A stretch of 64,000 nt of DNA from NCBI GenBank assembly GCA_023379675.1, contig JAMCPL010000008.1:30720-94719 (forward strand). The letters are read 5' to 3'. The notes under the pieces were generated by a model. The model searched no databases, was not told where the DNA came from, and saw nothing but the letters and a program-made list of their open reading frames with translations. The position numbers were made by a program, and so were the translations under genes. This document shows, one piece after another, positions 29,469 to 37,848 of the stretch. Origin of the DNA: Actinomycetota bacterium. GTDB taxonomy: Bacteria > Actinomycetota > Acidimicrobiia > Acidimicrobiales > JAMCPL01. Within the stretch, counting starts at the first letter, position 1. Each line of letters starts with the position of its first letter.

Positions 29469-30221
29469 TCACCCTGCCGTAGCCACCTTGCCGTCTGACC
29501 CTGGAAGGTACAGTGTTCGCCTTGCCGGGTGTGCTGCGGCACCCCTACCGGTCGACTCGACCAGAGCTACGCGACTATGCAAACGGCCGAATCCTCCAGA
29601 TGGCCCCAACCACTTCGAGGAGACCACTTCCATGATTACGCTTGCACCTATGCTCCGAGCGGCCTGCCCCTGTAGGGACGTGCCCATGCCTGAAACCAGT
29701 ACAATACATATAGAATTGTATTTTCTGGCAATTGCAGCCAAGCGCTGTATGGTATGTATGTATCGCTGCAGGTAGGTATCCTGCAGGCTCAGATTCAACA
29801 GTACTATGTCGATTCCCTTCAGTAGGGTGGCTATAGCCTGCCAGAACTCTGCCGAAGGAAATGGCGATGCAGGCGCCGGCGGAGAGGTTGGTGGAGATAC
29901 CATCACCATACGATTTAGATCGACACCAAGCTCGCAGGTGGCCAGTAACCCCAGGTCGGTGAGTCCGGCAACCGCGCACCACGCGCCTTGGCTCGAAGCA
30001 GCCGCCAGCAGTGAAATAGCCAGGGTACAGGCACCATTGCCAACAATACTGCTCAGTACTTCTATGAGGGTACCTTTCTGCATGCCTCCGTATGGGAAGA
30101 ACGGGGCCAGCGCATCTATCACCGGCAGCACTGAATGATTGTCGTAACAAGAGCCTTTAATGAAGAAAGGGCTCGGTACTGAACCGCCGGCTATTCCTGT
30201 ACTATTTACATTAGCGAACAT
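29469..30221 (-). CDS. imuA': ImuA'-like RecA-fold/SulA-like mutasome protein
   Basis: GACTLAISLLAAASSQGAWCAVAGLTDLGLLATCELGVDLNRMVMV resembles ImuA'. It is the first gene of the cassette. The ORF track extends to 30314, but an SOS box lies inside that extension, so I place the start at ATG 30221. Confidence 0.6.
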   Translation of the reverse strand: MFANVNSTGIAGGSVPSPFFIKGSCYDNHSVLPVIDALAPFFPYGGMQKGTLIEVLSSIVGNGACTLAISLLAAASSQGAWCAVAGLTDLGLLATCELGVDLNRMVMVSPPTSPPAPASPFPSAEFWQAIATLLKGIDIVLLNLSLQDTYLQRYIHTIQRLAAIARKYNSICIVLVSGMGTSLQGQAARSIGASVIMEVVSSKWLGPSGGFGRLHSRVALVESTGRGAAAHPARRTLYLPGSDGKVATAG

Positions 30222-30227
30222 CTGTTC
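30215..30227. promoter_or_regulatory. LexA (SOS) box CGAACATCTGTTC upstream of / at the start of imuA'
   Basis: Palindromic CGAAC-N4-GTTC. On the gene strand it is immediately preceded by TATTATAT (-10-like). The same motif class occurs at recA. Confidence 0.7.
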
Positions 30228-30382
30228 TATATAATAGCATGACTGCACCCCTTGTGGCCTTTTTGTATCTTGGTCACTTTGGTATATCTTGTACATGGCG
30301 TAGCGGTAGGCCACAGAACGGGGAGGAGCCGGTAGGGTGGTGGCTGGCGATCTGGCCGTACCTGTAACGTACTGATTGCCCT

Positions 30383-31306
30383 ATGGCCTGCACCTTCCAG
30401 GACGGAGCACTATTCTTGGGTACTGTGGAATCCAATGCGGTGGAACCTGATGTTCGGAGCATCTCTGAGCGCGACTTGCTACGGTGGAGCGAGAGCCTTG
30501 CTGCAATAGCCCGTACGGGGCTCGGTTTTACGGAAAGCCTGTACGAGCAGGAAAGATTCGAAGAAGTACTGCATATAGCGGCAGATATGCGTGCAGCAGC
30601 AGACGAGGAACGGGCAAATTCAATACGGGCGTATGACGCGCAGGCAAGCGACGCGAAAAGTACAGGGAGCGCTGCTCAGCTCCCTGGATCCAGCAACAGG
30701 GCAGGTGAAATGGGCAGAGCAGGCAAGGCGGATGAGTGGGTCCATGAATGGATGGGCCAGATAGGTAAAGGCATAGCAGGTTACGTAACTCCGAAAGTGG
30801 CAGTAGGTGCAGCCGTGGGAAACAGTGAGGGTCAATTATTGCTTATCAAGAGGGCTGATTCCGGCATATGGCTGTACCCTACCGGATGGGCGGATGTCGG
30901 GTACTCCGCAGCAGAGGTTGTAGTGAAGGAGGTCAGGGAAGAAACGGGCATCGACGTCGAGCCACTTCGCATTATTGCCGTACTCGATGGGTTCCGGCTT
31001 GGTTTCACAAGAATACCTCTATACTCACTGGTATTCCAGTGCAGACCATTAGGCGGATCACTCAAACCACACCCATTGGAATGCCTGGATGTGGGATGGT
31101 TTGGCGAAAGCGAGCTTCCTTCACCGTTGGCTGCCGCCGAGCGATGGAAGGATCACGTATTCAAGGCCATCCGAGGCGAGCCCGTCGAGGTGCTTTACGA
31201 TGTCGTCCGCAGGCCAGTATGGAAGGGTGAAACCGGTGATGCCGGCAGGGTTGGTGCTGAGCCGCTCCACTCGGCCGCTCCACCTGACCGTACAAAGGAA
31301 AAGTAA
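30383..31306 (+). CDS. NUDIX hydrolase with an N-terminal Nudix_N-type domain
   Basis: LLRWSESLAAIARTGLGFTESLYEQERFEEV (N-terminal domain) and Nudix box GWADVGYSAAEVVVKEVREETGI. A low-complexity insert lies between the domains. Confidence 0.8.
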   Translation: MACTFQDGALFLGTVESNAVEPDVRSISERDLLRWSESLAAIARTGLGFTESLYEQERFEEVLHIAADMRAAADEERANSIRAYDAQASDAKSTGSAAQLPGSSNRAGEMGRAGKADEWVHEWMGQIGKGIAGYVTPKVAVGAAVGNSEGQLLLIKRADSGIWLYPTGWADVGYSAAEVVVKEVREETGIDVEPLRIIAVLDGFRLGFTRIPLYSLVFQCRPLGGSLKPHPLECLDVGWFGESELPSPLAAAERWKDHVFKAIRGEPVEVLYDVVRRPVWKGETGDAGRVGAEPLHSAAPPDRTKEK

Positions 31307-31332
31307 GCTCATGGAAGGATGTAGTATCCACA

Positions 31333-31821
31333 TCAAGGCCCTGCAGGGCAGCTACCACCCACATTATCGTCACCAGACGAAAGATGAGCTATGACATGAC
31401 AGACCGTAGAGGGGGGACAATCCGCCGGATCCAGCCGGGCACCTCTTTCAGCCAGTTGCTCCAGCTCACCCTTGAGCAGTTCCAGGTCGGCAATACGCTT
31501 GGATATGTCATTACTGTGAGTACGAATGAGCTCGAGAACGTAAGCACATGGAACCTGCCCATCGTCTCGCATGGTAATTATCTCCCGTATCTCACCAAGG
31601 GTCAGGCCTATTGCCTGCGCTGAGCGGATGAACTTCAGCTTGTCCAGAGTGTCGTTAGTATAGATCCTGTATCCATTGGCTTGCCGGAACGGGGCAGGAA
31701 GTACCCGAACCTGTTCGTAGTATCTAATGGTCTTGGCGCTGACACCTGCCAGCTCAGCCAGTTCACCAATGTTGTATCCCTCCTGTATTACGGAAGGGGA
31801 CTGTAGCTGTTTCTCATTCAT
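31333..31821 (-). CDS. merR: MerR-family metal-responsive transcriptional regulator
   Basis: HTH YNIGELAELAGVSAKTIRYYE, Cys in VPCAYV plus C-terminal DCPPSTVC. Divergent from merA, with a MerR-type operator between them. Confidence 0.85.
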   Translation of the reverse strand: MNEKQLQSPSVIQEGYNIGELAELAGVSAKTIRYYEQVRVLPAPFRQANGYRIYTNDTLDKLKFIRSAQAIGLTLGEIREIITMRDDGQVPCAYVLELIRTHSNDISKRIADLELLKGELEQLAERGARLDPADCPPSTVCHVIAHLSSGDDNVGGSCPAGP

Positions 31822-31946
31822 ATTGCCTGCCGATTTCCAGTATCTACCTTGCCCAAATCCAGCTACCCAAAATGCATTCTATGAAGCATGCGTGGCTGTA
31901 TGGACATCCACTAATCACAATGCTATAACAATCTTCACTTTACCTC

Positions 31947-31978
31947 TTGACCTTCCATCTGAATGGAAGGTTTATAGT
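31947..31978 (+). promoter_or_regulatory. MerR-type promoter/operator: -35 TTGACC, 20-nt spacer containing a perfect dyad ACCTTCCAT-N4-ATGGAAGGT, -10 TATAGT
   Basis: Read directly. The overlong spacer with a dyad is the hallmark of MerR-activated promoters. Confidence 0.8.
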
Positions 31979-32020
31979 CATGATTGTAATCAATTACACG
32001 AAGAAGGGAGAGTAATTGCC

Positions 32021-33739
32021 ATGGTAAGCATACCGAAAATGCTGGGAAATGAGCAACAAGCGCTGATCAAGATAGAAGGTATGAGCTGCACTGATTGCGA
32101 GCACCACATAAAGACTGCGCTGGAAGGAGCCGGCGCCATGGCCGTGGAAGCCAACTGGGAAAGGGGTGAGGCCCGATTCACCTGGGCAAAAGAAGTGAGC
32201 GAGGAAGATCTCAAAGGCGCCGTGCACGCCGCAGGATACCAACCGAAGGAAATTACCCTGATAGGAACCTTGGGAGCTTCTCCAGACCCGACCGGTTCCG
32301 CTCAGGCTCACAAGGCACAGGCCAAGGTCCCTGGTGCTCCGGGTTTCGACTATGACCTGGTGATCGTAGGCGCCGGATCGGCAGCATTTGCCGGAGCGAT
32401 CAAGGCCAAGGAGGCAGGATACAGCGTAGCTCTCATCGAAAGAGGAACCATTGGAGGTACCTGTGTCAACATCGGTTGTGTGCCATCGAAAGCCCTGTTA
32501 AAAGCTGGTGAGATTTACTGGCAGGCAGGGCATCATCCCCTAGAAGGTGTTTCGACAACTGCTTGCAAGATGGACCTGGGTGCGGTTGTCGCTCAGAAGG
32601 ATGATCTGGTTACACATCTTCGCCAGGCAAAGTACACTAACCTGATCGCTGGTTACGGTTTCGACGTGATCCAGGGAAATGCACGATTTACCAGTCCCAG
32701 CAAAGTGGAGGTGAACGGCAACGCCATATCTGCGCAAGCATTCATAGTGGCAACTGGCGCCTCGCCGGCCATACCGCCTATTCCTGGATTGGAAACGACC
32801 GGCTACCTTACATCCACTACTGCCCTTGACCTTACCGAAATACCTGGACGTTTGGCAGTGATCGGAGCCAATGCCATTGGACTCGAACTTGGCCAGTTCT
32901 TCCAGCACATCGGTTCAGAGGTTACCTTCATCGACGTTGCCCCGAGGATAGCACCTTTCGAAGAACCAGAGGTATCCGATATACTAGCCGGTATACTTAC
33001 CAGCCAGGGAGCCATGATCCACGCTGGAGCCCAGGTGCTGGAAGTAAAGCGGACCGGTAACCACATCGACATCACGATCGCTGTCTCAGGTAAGCAGGTA
33101 GTTGTAGCAGCAGATCAGGTACTCATTGCCACTGGACGGCAACCCAATACCGCCGGGCTCGGTCTCGAAACCGCGGGAGTAGCGATAGACAGTCACGGCG
33201 CCGTAATTGTCGACAGTCACCTGCGCACCGCCAATCCAGTCATATTTGCAGCCGGTGATGTAACCGGGGCTCCTCAGTTTGTCTACGTATCAGCCTACGA
33301 AGGGGCATTGGCAGTGGACAACGCGATTCTTGGTGCAACCAGGGATGTCGATTTCAGCGGGCTTCCACGAGTCACCTTTACGCTGCCCCAGGTCGCATCG
33401 GCTGGCGTCACCGAAGCTCAAGCACGTGAGTCCGGGGCTGAAGTGATCGTATCGGTGTTACCCCTCTCTGCGGTACCGAGAGCTCTGGTCAATCACGAGA
33501 CAGCCGGGCTTGTAAAGCTTGTTGCAGATGGCCCATCCAGGCGGCTATTGGGTGCAACGGTTCTGTCTGATGCTGCAGGAGAGATTATACAGAGCGCGGT
33601 ACTGGCCATACGCCACGACATCACAGTTGACGATCTCGCGAGCACTTTCCACCCGTATCTCACCATGGTAGAGAGTATAAAACTAGCTGCCCAGACATTC
33701 GACCGTGACGTATCAAAGCTCTCCTGCTGTGCTGCATGA
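32021..33739 (+). CDS. merA: mercuric reductase MerA with one N-terminal HMA (NmerA) domain
   Basis: GMSCTDCEHH metal-binding motif, redox-active GGTCVNIGCVPSK, and a C-terminal vicinal Cys pair (SCCAA). The start is ATG 32021, after GAAGGGAG; the ORF-track start 31727 overlaps merR. Confidence 0.95.
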   Translation: MVSIPKMLGNEQQALIKIEGMSCTDCEHHIKTALEGAGAMAVEANWERGEARFTWAKEVSEEDLKGAVHAAGYQPKEITLIGTLGASPDPTGSAQAHKAQAKVPGAPGFDYDLVIVGAGSAAFAGAIKAKEAGYSVALIERGTIGGTCVNIGCVPSKALLKAGEIYWQAGHHPLEGVSTTACKMDLGAVVAQKDDLVTHLRQAKYTNLIAGYGFDVIQGNARFTSPSKVEVNGNAISAQAFIVATGASPAIPPIPGLETTGYLTSTTALDLTEIPGRLAVIGANAIGLELGQFFQHIGSEVTFIDVAPRIAPFEEPEVSDILAGILTSQGAMIHAGAQVLEVKRTGNHIDITIAVSGKQVVVAADQVLIATGRQPNTAGLGLETAGVAIDSHGAVIVDSHLRTANPVIFAAGDVTGAPQFVYVSAYEGALAVDNAILGATRDVDFSGLPRVTFTLPQVASAGVTEAQARESGAEVIVSVLPLSAVPRALVNHETAGLVKLVADGPSRRLLGATVLSDAAGEIIQSAVLAIRHDITVDDLASTFHPYLTMVESIKLAAQTFDRDVSKLSCCAA

Positions 33740-33890
33740 ATCGTAGAGCATGCCTGCCGCCTGGAGAGTTCTGGCAAGAGATTCGCTGATGGCTTGAGAG
33801 ACAGAAAGGTGGTGGTAACAGCGCATTCCAGTCCCTGTCCCCTCTACCCGTAATCGCTGGTTTGCCACACGAAAGCGGCAAATCGGGTAC

Positions 33891-33925
33891 AGGACGAGCA
33901 ACAGCGATACGCTGTTGCTCGTCCT
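33891..33925. terminator. perfect 16-bp stem / 3-nt loop hairpin between convergent merA and acs (probable bidirectional terminator)
   Basis: AGGACGAGCAACAGCG-ATA-CGCTGTTGCTCGTCCT. There is no clear U-tract. Confidence 0.55.
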
Positions 33926-33987
33926 CGACTTGCCACTCAGCTCTTGCTGGCCGTATTCCTGCGCGGAGAACACGATGGCAGGACAGC

Positions 33988-35967
33988 TTACCGCTGGACG
34001 GTGAGCTCCTCCTTGAGCTTGTCCAGCACTTCCGGGTCTTCCAGACCAGTTGTATCGCCTTCTACGGTGCCCGTGGTGACCAGCTCCTGCAGGAGCCTCC
34101 GCACGATCTTGCCGCTACGGGTTCTCGGCATGGTCGACAGCAGATAAATCTGCTTGGGTCTGGCTATCGGCCCTATAGATTCCACCAAGCGATCTGCAAG
34201 ATCGGCCTCACTTATGGAGCCGTCCTTACCGGCTGCCAGCGTTACGAAACCCACTGGCACCTGTCCTTTGGTGTCATCGGCAACACCGATTACTGCAGCT
34301 TCGGCGACGCCAGGCATCGATAGAAGGGCACTTTCCATCTCCATGGTCGACAATCTGTGTGCTGCAACATTGATAACCCCGTCCACCCTGCCCACCACCC
34401 AGACATGACCGTCTTCATCTTCCAGGGCAGCGTCGGCGGTATCATATAGCGCTGGACCTAAGCGGGTGAAATACTGCGTCTTGTAACGCTCATGGTCGCG
34501 CCAGATATCCCTGAACAGAGTCGGGAACGGCTTGTCAAGCGCCAAGAAACCGACCTGGCCTCGTGGAGCAGGGTTGTTGTCGCTATCCAGGATAGTGTAG
34601 CTATGTCCCGGCAACGCCGGACCGCAAGATCCGGGCTTTGCGGGAGTGACGCCTACGATCGAAGAAGTCCAAGCACTACCCGTCTCGCTCTGGCCGTAGG
34701 TATTATTGATCTCGAGGTTGCCCTGGCCGACGTTGTCATGCGTCCAGTGCCATGTCTTTGCATCCAGCGGTTCGCCGACCAGCGAAATCAATTCCAAGTG
34801 AGATATATCGTGCTTCTCCAACCACTGTACACCGTAACGAGCCAGCATCCGCAGGAGAGTGGGAGCCGTGAACACCTTGTTCACCCGGTAGCGCTCGACT
34901 ATGTCATAGAAACGGTCAGGGGCTGGGAAATCGAGCGCCCCCTCGTAGGCAAGCATGGTTGCCCCCATAGCCGTGGCTCCTACCAGTTCAAATATAGGGA
35001 AGGTCAGCCATCCGGTATCTGCCGTGCACCAGTATACGTCTTCCGGGCACAGATCGACCGCCATCTTTGTGTTGTGGTAAGCACCTACCAGGAATCCCAA
35101 CCCGCTGTGCACGAGCCCTTTGGGCTTTGCGCTGGTTCCACTCGTATAGATGATGAATGCAGGCTCGTTGGCTTCCATGGCAACTGGTTCCGCCAGAGAT
35201 GTCGTGCGTTCGAGGAGATCGTCCCAGTATACATCACGAGGTGCACTCATGGGTACATCCGTGCTGCCACTCCTGCGCACGACCACCACGTGCTCTATAG
35301 TGGGCAAGTAAGACAGTACGCTATCCAGGTTCTTCTTCAAACTAATTGTATTGCCGCGCCGGAAAGCCTCATCTGCGGTAACTACGACTTTTGCTCCGGT
35401 ATCCTCAATCCTATCTGCCAGTGCCTGTGGGGAAAATCCTGAAAAGATTATATTGTATATAGCACCTATCCTGTAACAGGCGTGGACGGTTGCAAAGGTT
35501 TCGAGGAGGTTGGGCAGGAGAATAGCTACGACGTCCCCCTTCTTCACTCCCATTTCGGTCAGCGCCTGGGCAAAGCGGGCGGTCTGTTCCAGTAGATCGC
35601 CGTATGTCCAGTGCCGCTCGGAACCGTCCTCACCTATCCAGTGTATGGCGGTGCGTTGTGGATTTTCGCGCGCATGCCGGTCTACGCAGTTGATACTGGT
35701 ATTTCCGTATGCGCCAGGAAAGTACTGGAAACCCGATTCCAAGTCCCCAGTCATGGCTACGTCCGGTGGCCATCCTGAAAGCCATTCGAGCTCGGAGGCT
35801 ACGGACACCCAATAGGATCCCGGACTTGTGAGTGACTTTCGATACAGATCCTGGTAGTCCTGCAGTGTTTCCATACCCAACCGCCCGGATGGCTTTCTCG
35901 GTGGCGGTACGAGCTGGCTGTCACGTACCATTGGAGGCAACTCTGGTAATGCTTCTGTATCGGACAT
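33988..35967 (-). CDS. acs: acetyl-CoA synthetase family (AMP-forming acyl-CoA ligase)
   Basis: 659 aa. NCVDRHARENPQRTAIHW, YTSGTSAKPKGLVHS (AMP-binding motif) and a C-terminal RTRSGKIVRRLL. Confidence 0.85.
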   Translation of the reverse strand: MSDTEALPELPPMVRDSQLVPPPRKPSGRLGMETLQDYQDLYRKSLTSPGSYWVSVASELEWLSGWPPDVAMTGDLESGFQYFPGAYGNTSINCVDRHARENPQRTAIHWIGEDGSERHWTYGDLLEQTARFAQALTEMGVKKGDVVAILLPNLLETFATVHACYRIGAIYNIIFSGFSPQALADRIEDTGAKVVVTADEAFRRGNTISLKKNLDSVLSYLPTIEHVVVVRRSGSTDVPMSAPRDVYWDDLLERTTSLAEPVAMEANEPAFIIYTSGTSAKPKGLVHSGLGFLVGAYHNTKMAVDLCPEDVYWCTADTGWLTFPIFELVGATAMGATMLAYEGALDFPAPDRFYDIVERYRVNKVFTAPTLLRMLARYGVQWLEKHDISHLELISLVGEPLDAKTWHWTHDNVGQGNLEINNTYGQSETGSAWTSSIVGVTPAKPGSCGPALPGHSYTILDSDNNPAPRGQVGFLALDKPFPTLFRDIWRDHERYKTQYFTRLGPALYDTADAALEDEDGHVWVVGRVDGVINVAAHRLSTMEMESALLSMPGVAEAAVIGVADDTKGQVPVGFVTLAAGKDGSISEADLADRLVESIGPIARPKQIYLLSTMPRTRSGKIVRRLLQELVTTGTVEGDTTGLEDPEVLDKLKEELTVQR

Positions 35968-36012
35968 TGATGTCCCCCTTCTCTGTCTAGTTGAATTCTT
36001 TCTTTGGGATGC

Positions 36013-36408
36013 TCAGGCCGTCACTTGATGCGTATAAGGATCGTGCATATGACCCCGCAACTCGCTTCTTAGCTCTGCGAAATCAGTTCGAAGCTGCCCA
36101 ACATCTACAGTAAGTCGGTAGATCCGCTCGGTCTGTGCGTCTATCCTGGCAGTCTGGCCGATTATCTCTTCCTTCAATTCTACACGCAGGCTGTCTATCC
36201 GCTCGGTCTGTGCGTCTATCCTGGCAGTCTGGCCGATTATCTCTTCCTTCAATTCTACACGCAGGCTGTCTATCCGCTCGGTCTGTGCGTCTATCCTGGC
36301 AGCAAGCCTATCCATTTTTTGCCAAGTCATAGTCAACAAAGCAACCATAAACGCCCCAAGTATCCCAATTGTTGTCCAACTTGCTGTCGTTGTCGCGAAA
36401 AGCCTCAC
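36013..36408 (-). CDS. small membrane-anchored coiled-coil protein with 25-aa repeats (ARIDAQTERIDSLRVELKEEIIGQT); function unknown
   Basis: N-terminal TM helix (WTTIGILGAFMVALLTM), then 2.4 copies of a 25-aa repeat from a perfect 75-bp tandem repeat. It shares the ARID(A/Q)QT motif and overall architecture with 22149-22463. Confidence 0.6.
   Translation of the reverse strand: MRLFATTTASWTTIGILGAFMVALLTMTWQKMDRLAARIDAQTERIDSLRVELKEEIIGQTARIDAQTERIDSLRVELKEEIIGQTARIDAQTERIYRLTVDVGQLRTDFAELRSELRGHMHDPYTHQVTA
36124..36302. repeat. perfect 75-bp tandem repeat x2.4
   Basis: Unit starts at 36124, 36199 and 36274. The copies are identical as far as I can read. Confidence 0.95.
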
Positions 36409-36547
36409 ATAATCACCTTACCAGCCGTGTGACTCGCTTGCCATGCCAACCCATACTTGCTTGATGCACGTATCGCCTTGACAGCCGTGTGTATCCCCTT
36501 AACGACTTCGAGTCGTTGTCCGATATTTCATCCACACGAGCCGCCAT

Positions 36548-37594
36548 TCAACTTTTTACATCCTGGGTGGCCATTTCCACCTCTGAGCCGGCTTCCTGCT
36601 GATCCTTGTCCTCACTTGGAGCAAGCCGTGTTCTGATGCGCTCATCAATCTCAACTGTCAATTCAGGCGTATCTCTCAGGAACTGCTTGACATTTTCCCG
36701 CCCCTGGCCAAGCTGCTCACCTTCATAGGTAAACCATGCCCCGGCCTTTTTCACGATGCCCAACTCCACAGCGACATCGAGTAACGATCCTTCACGGCTT
36801 ATTCCCGTCCCATACATGATGTCAAACTCTGCTTGCTTGAATGGTGGCGCTATCTTGTTCTTGACAACCTTCACCCTTGTCCGGTTGCCTATTGCATCGG
36901 GGCCATCCTTGATCGACTCAATCCTGCGGATATCGAGACGTACAGATGAATAGAATTTCAGGGCACGCCCCCCGGGAGTCACTTCCGATGAGCCGTAAAC
37001 TACGCCCACCTTTTCCCGTAGCTGATTGATAAAGACCGCAACAGTACCAGACTTGGACAACGATGCAGTCAGCTTTCTCAGCGCTTGCGACATCAAGCGA
37101 GCCTGCAGCCCTACATGGGCATCACCCATATCACCTTCTATCTCGGCACGAGGTGTCAGTGCGGCCACGGAGTCTATGACAACCACGTCCAATCCACCTG
37201 AGCGTATGAGCATGTCGACTATCTCCAGCGCCTGCTCACCCGTATCGGGCTGAGATATCAGCAATTCATCTATATCTACGCCGATAGCCTTTGCATAAGT
37301 CGGATCCATGGCATGCTCGGCATCGATATATGCACATGTTCCCCCATTACGCTGAGCCTCCGCCACCACGTGCAACGCTAGGGTGGATTTGCCACTGGAC
37401 TCCGGTCCGAATATCTCTATCACCCTCCCTCTCGGGAGACCGCCTATCCCGAGCGCCAGGTCGAGGGACATGGCTCCTGTCGGTATCGATTCAACCAGCA
37501 TATGCGTACGCTCCCCCATTTTCATAATCGATCCTTTCCCAAACTGCTTCTCGATCTGCCCTATGGCCACTTCCAATGCCTTCTCTTTCTCCAT
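36548..37594 (-). CDS. recA: recombinase RecA
   Basis: [24 protein letters not shown], Walker [19 protein letters not shown]. The start is ATG 37594, after AAGGAGA; the ORF-track start is 37702. Confidence 0.98.
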   Translation of the reverse strand: MEKEKALEVAIGQIEKQFGKGSIMKMGERTHMLVESIPTGAMSLDLALGIGGLPRGRVIEIFGPESSGKSTLALHVVAEAQRNGGTCAYIDAEHAMDPTYAKAIGVDIDELLISQPDTGEQALEIVDMLIRSGGLDVVVIDSVAALTPRAEIEGDMGDAHVGLQARLMSQALRKLTASLSKSGTVAVFINQLREKVGVVYGSSEVTPGGRALKFYSSVRLDIRRIESIKDGPDAIGNRTRVKVVKNKIAPPFKQAEFDIMYGTGISREGSLLDVAVELGIVKKAGAWFTYEGEQLGQGRENVKQFLRDTPELTVEIDERIRTRLAPSEDKDQQEAGSEVEMATQDVKS

Positions 37595-37730
37595 TACTGT
37601 CTCCTTGTCTCTATTCACGGCGTACTCACGCCGGCTGGCATTCCCATCGTCACATGCCTGTATCTGTTGTGCACCCGACACCATAAGGCAGGGGTGTATC
37701 ACTAACGATTACACCAGGACAGTATACAAT

Positions 37731-37743
37731 CGAACAGCTGTTC
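37731..37743. promoter_or_regulatory. LexA (SOS) box CGAACAGCTGTTC upstream of recA
   Basis: CGAAC-N4-GTTC palindrome about 140 nt upstream of the recA ATG. On the gene strand it is followed by TGTATACT (-10-like). Confidence 0.75.
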
Positions 37744-37848
37744 TGTGGTGGATGGTATGATTCTTGGTGCTCACTCCGGACAATACTCACTCGGCACAGT
37801 TCGCGCCGCTCAAGGCCAAGCAGGCATCTTTGCGCTAACCTGCTGGAT

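Noticed and set aside
29249-29542. 97-aa ORF containing PTYLPTYLPTYLPTYLPTY
   Set aside because: The peptide repeat is simply the translation of the (GGTA)14 microsatellite. The ORF has no start context and lies in the imuA'-imuB gap, overlapping the imuA' 3' end.
31727-32020. Upstream 98 codons of the merA ORF as listed in the ORF track
   Set aside because: This region overlaps merR on the opposite strand and contains the MerR operator and promoter. A good RBS (GAAGGGAG) precedes ATG 32021, which starts directly at the HMA domain.
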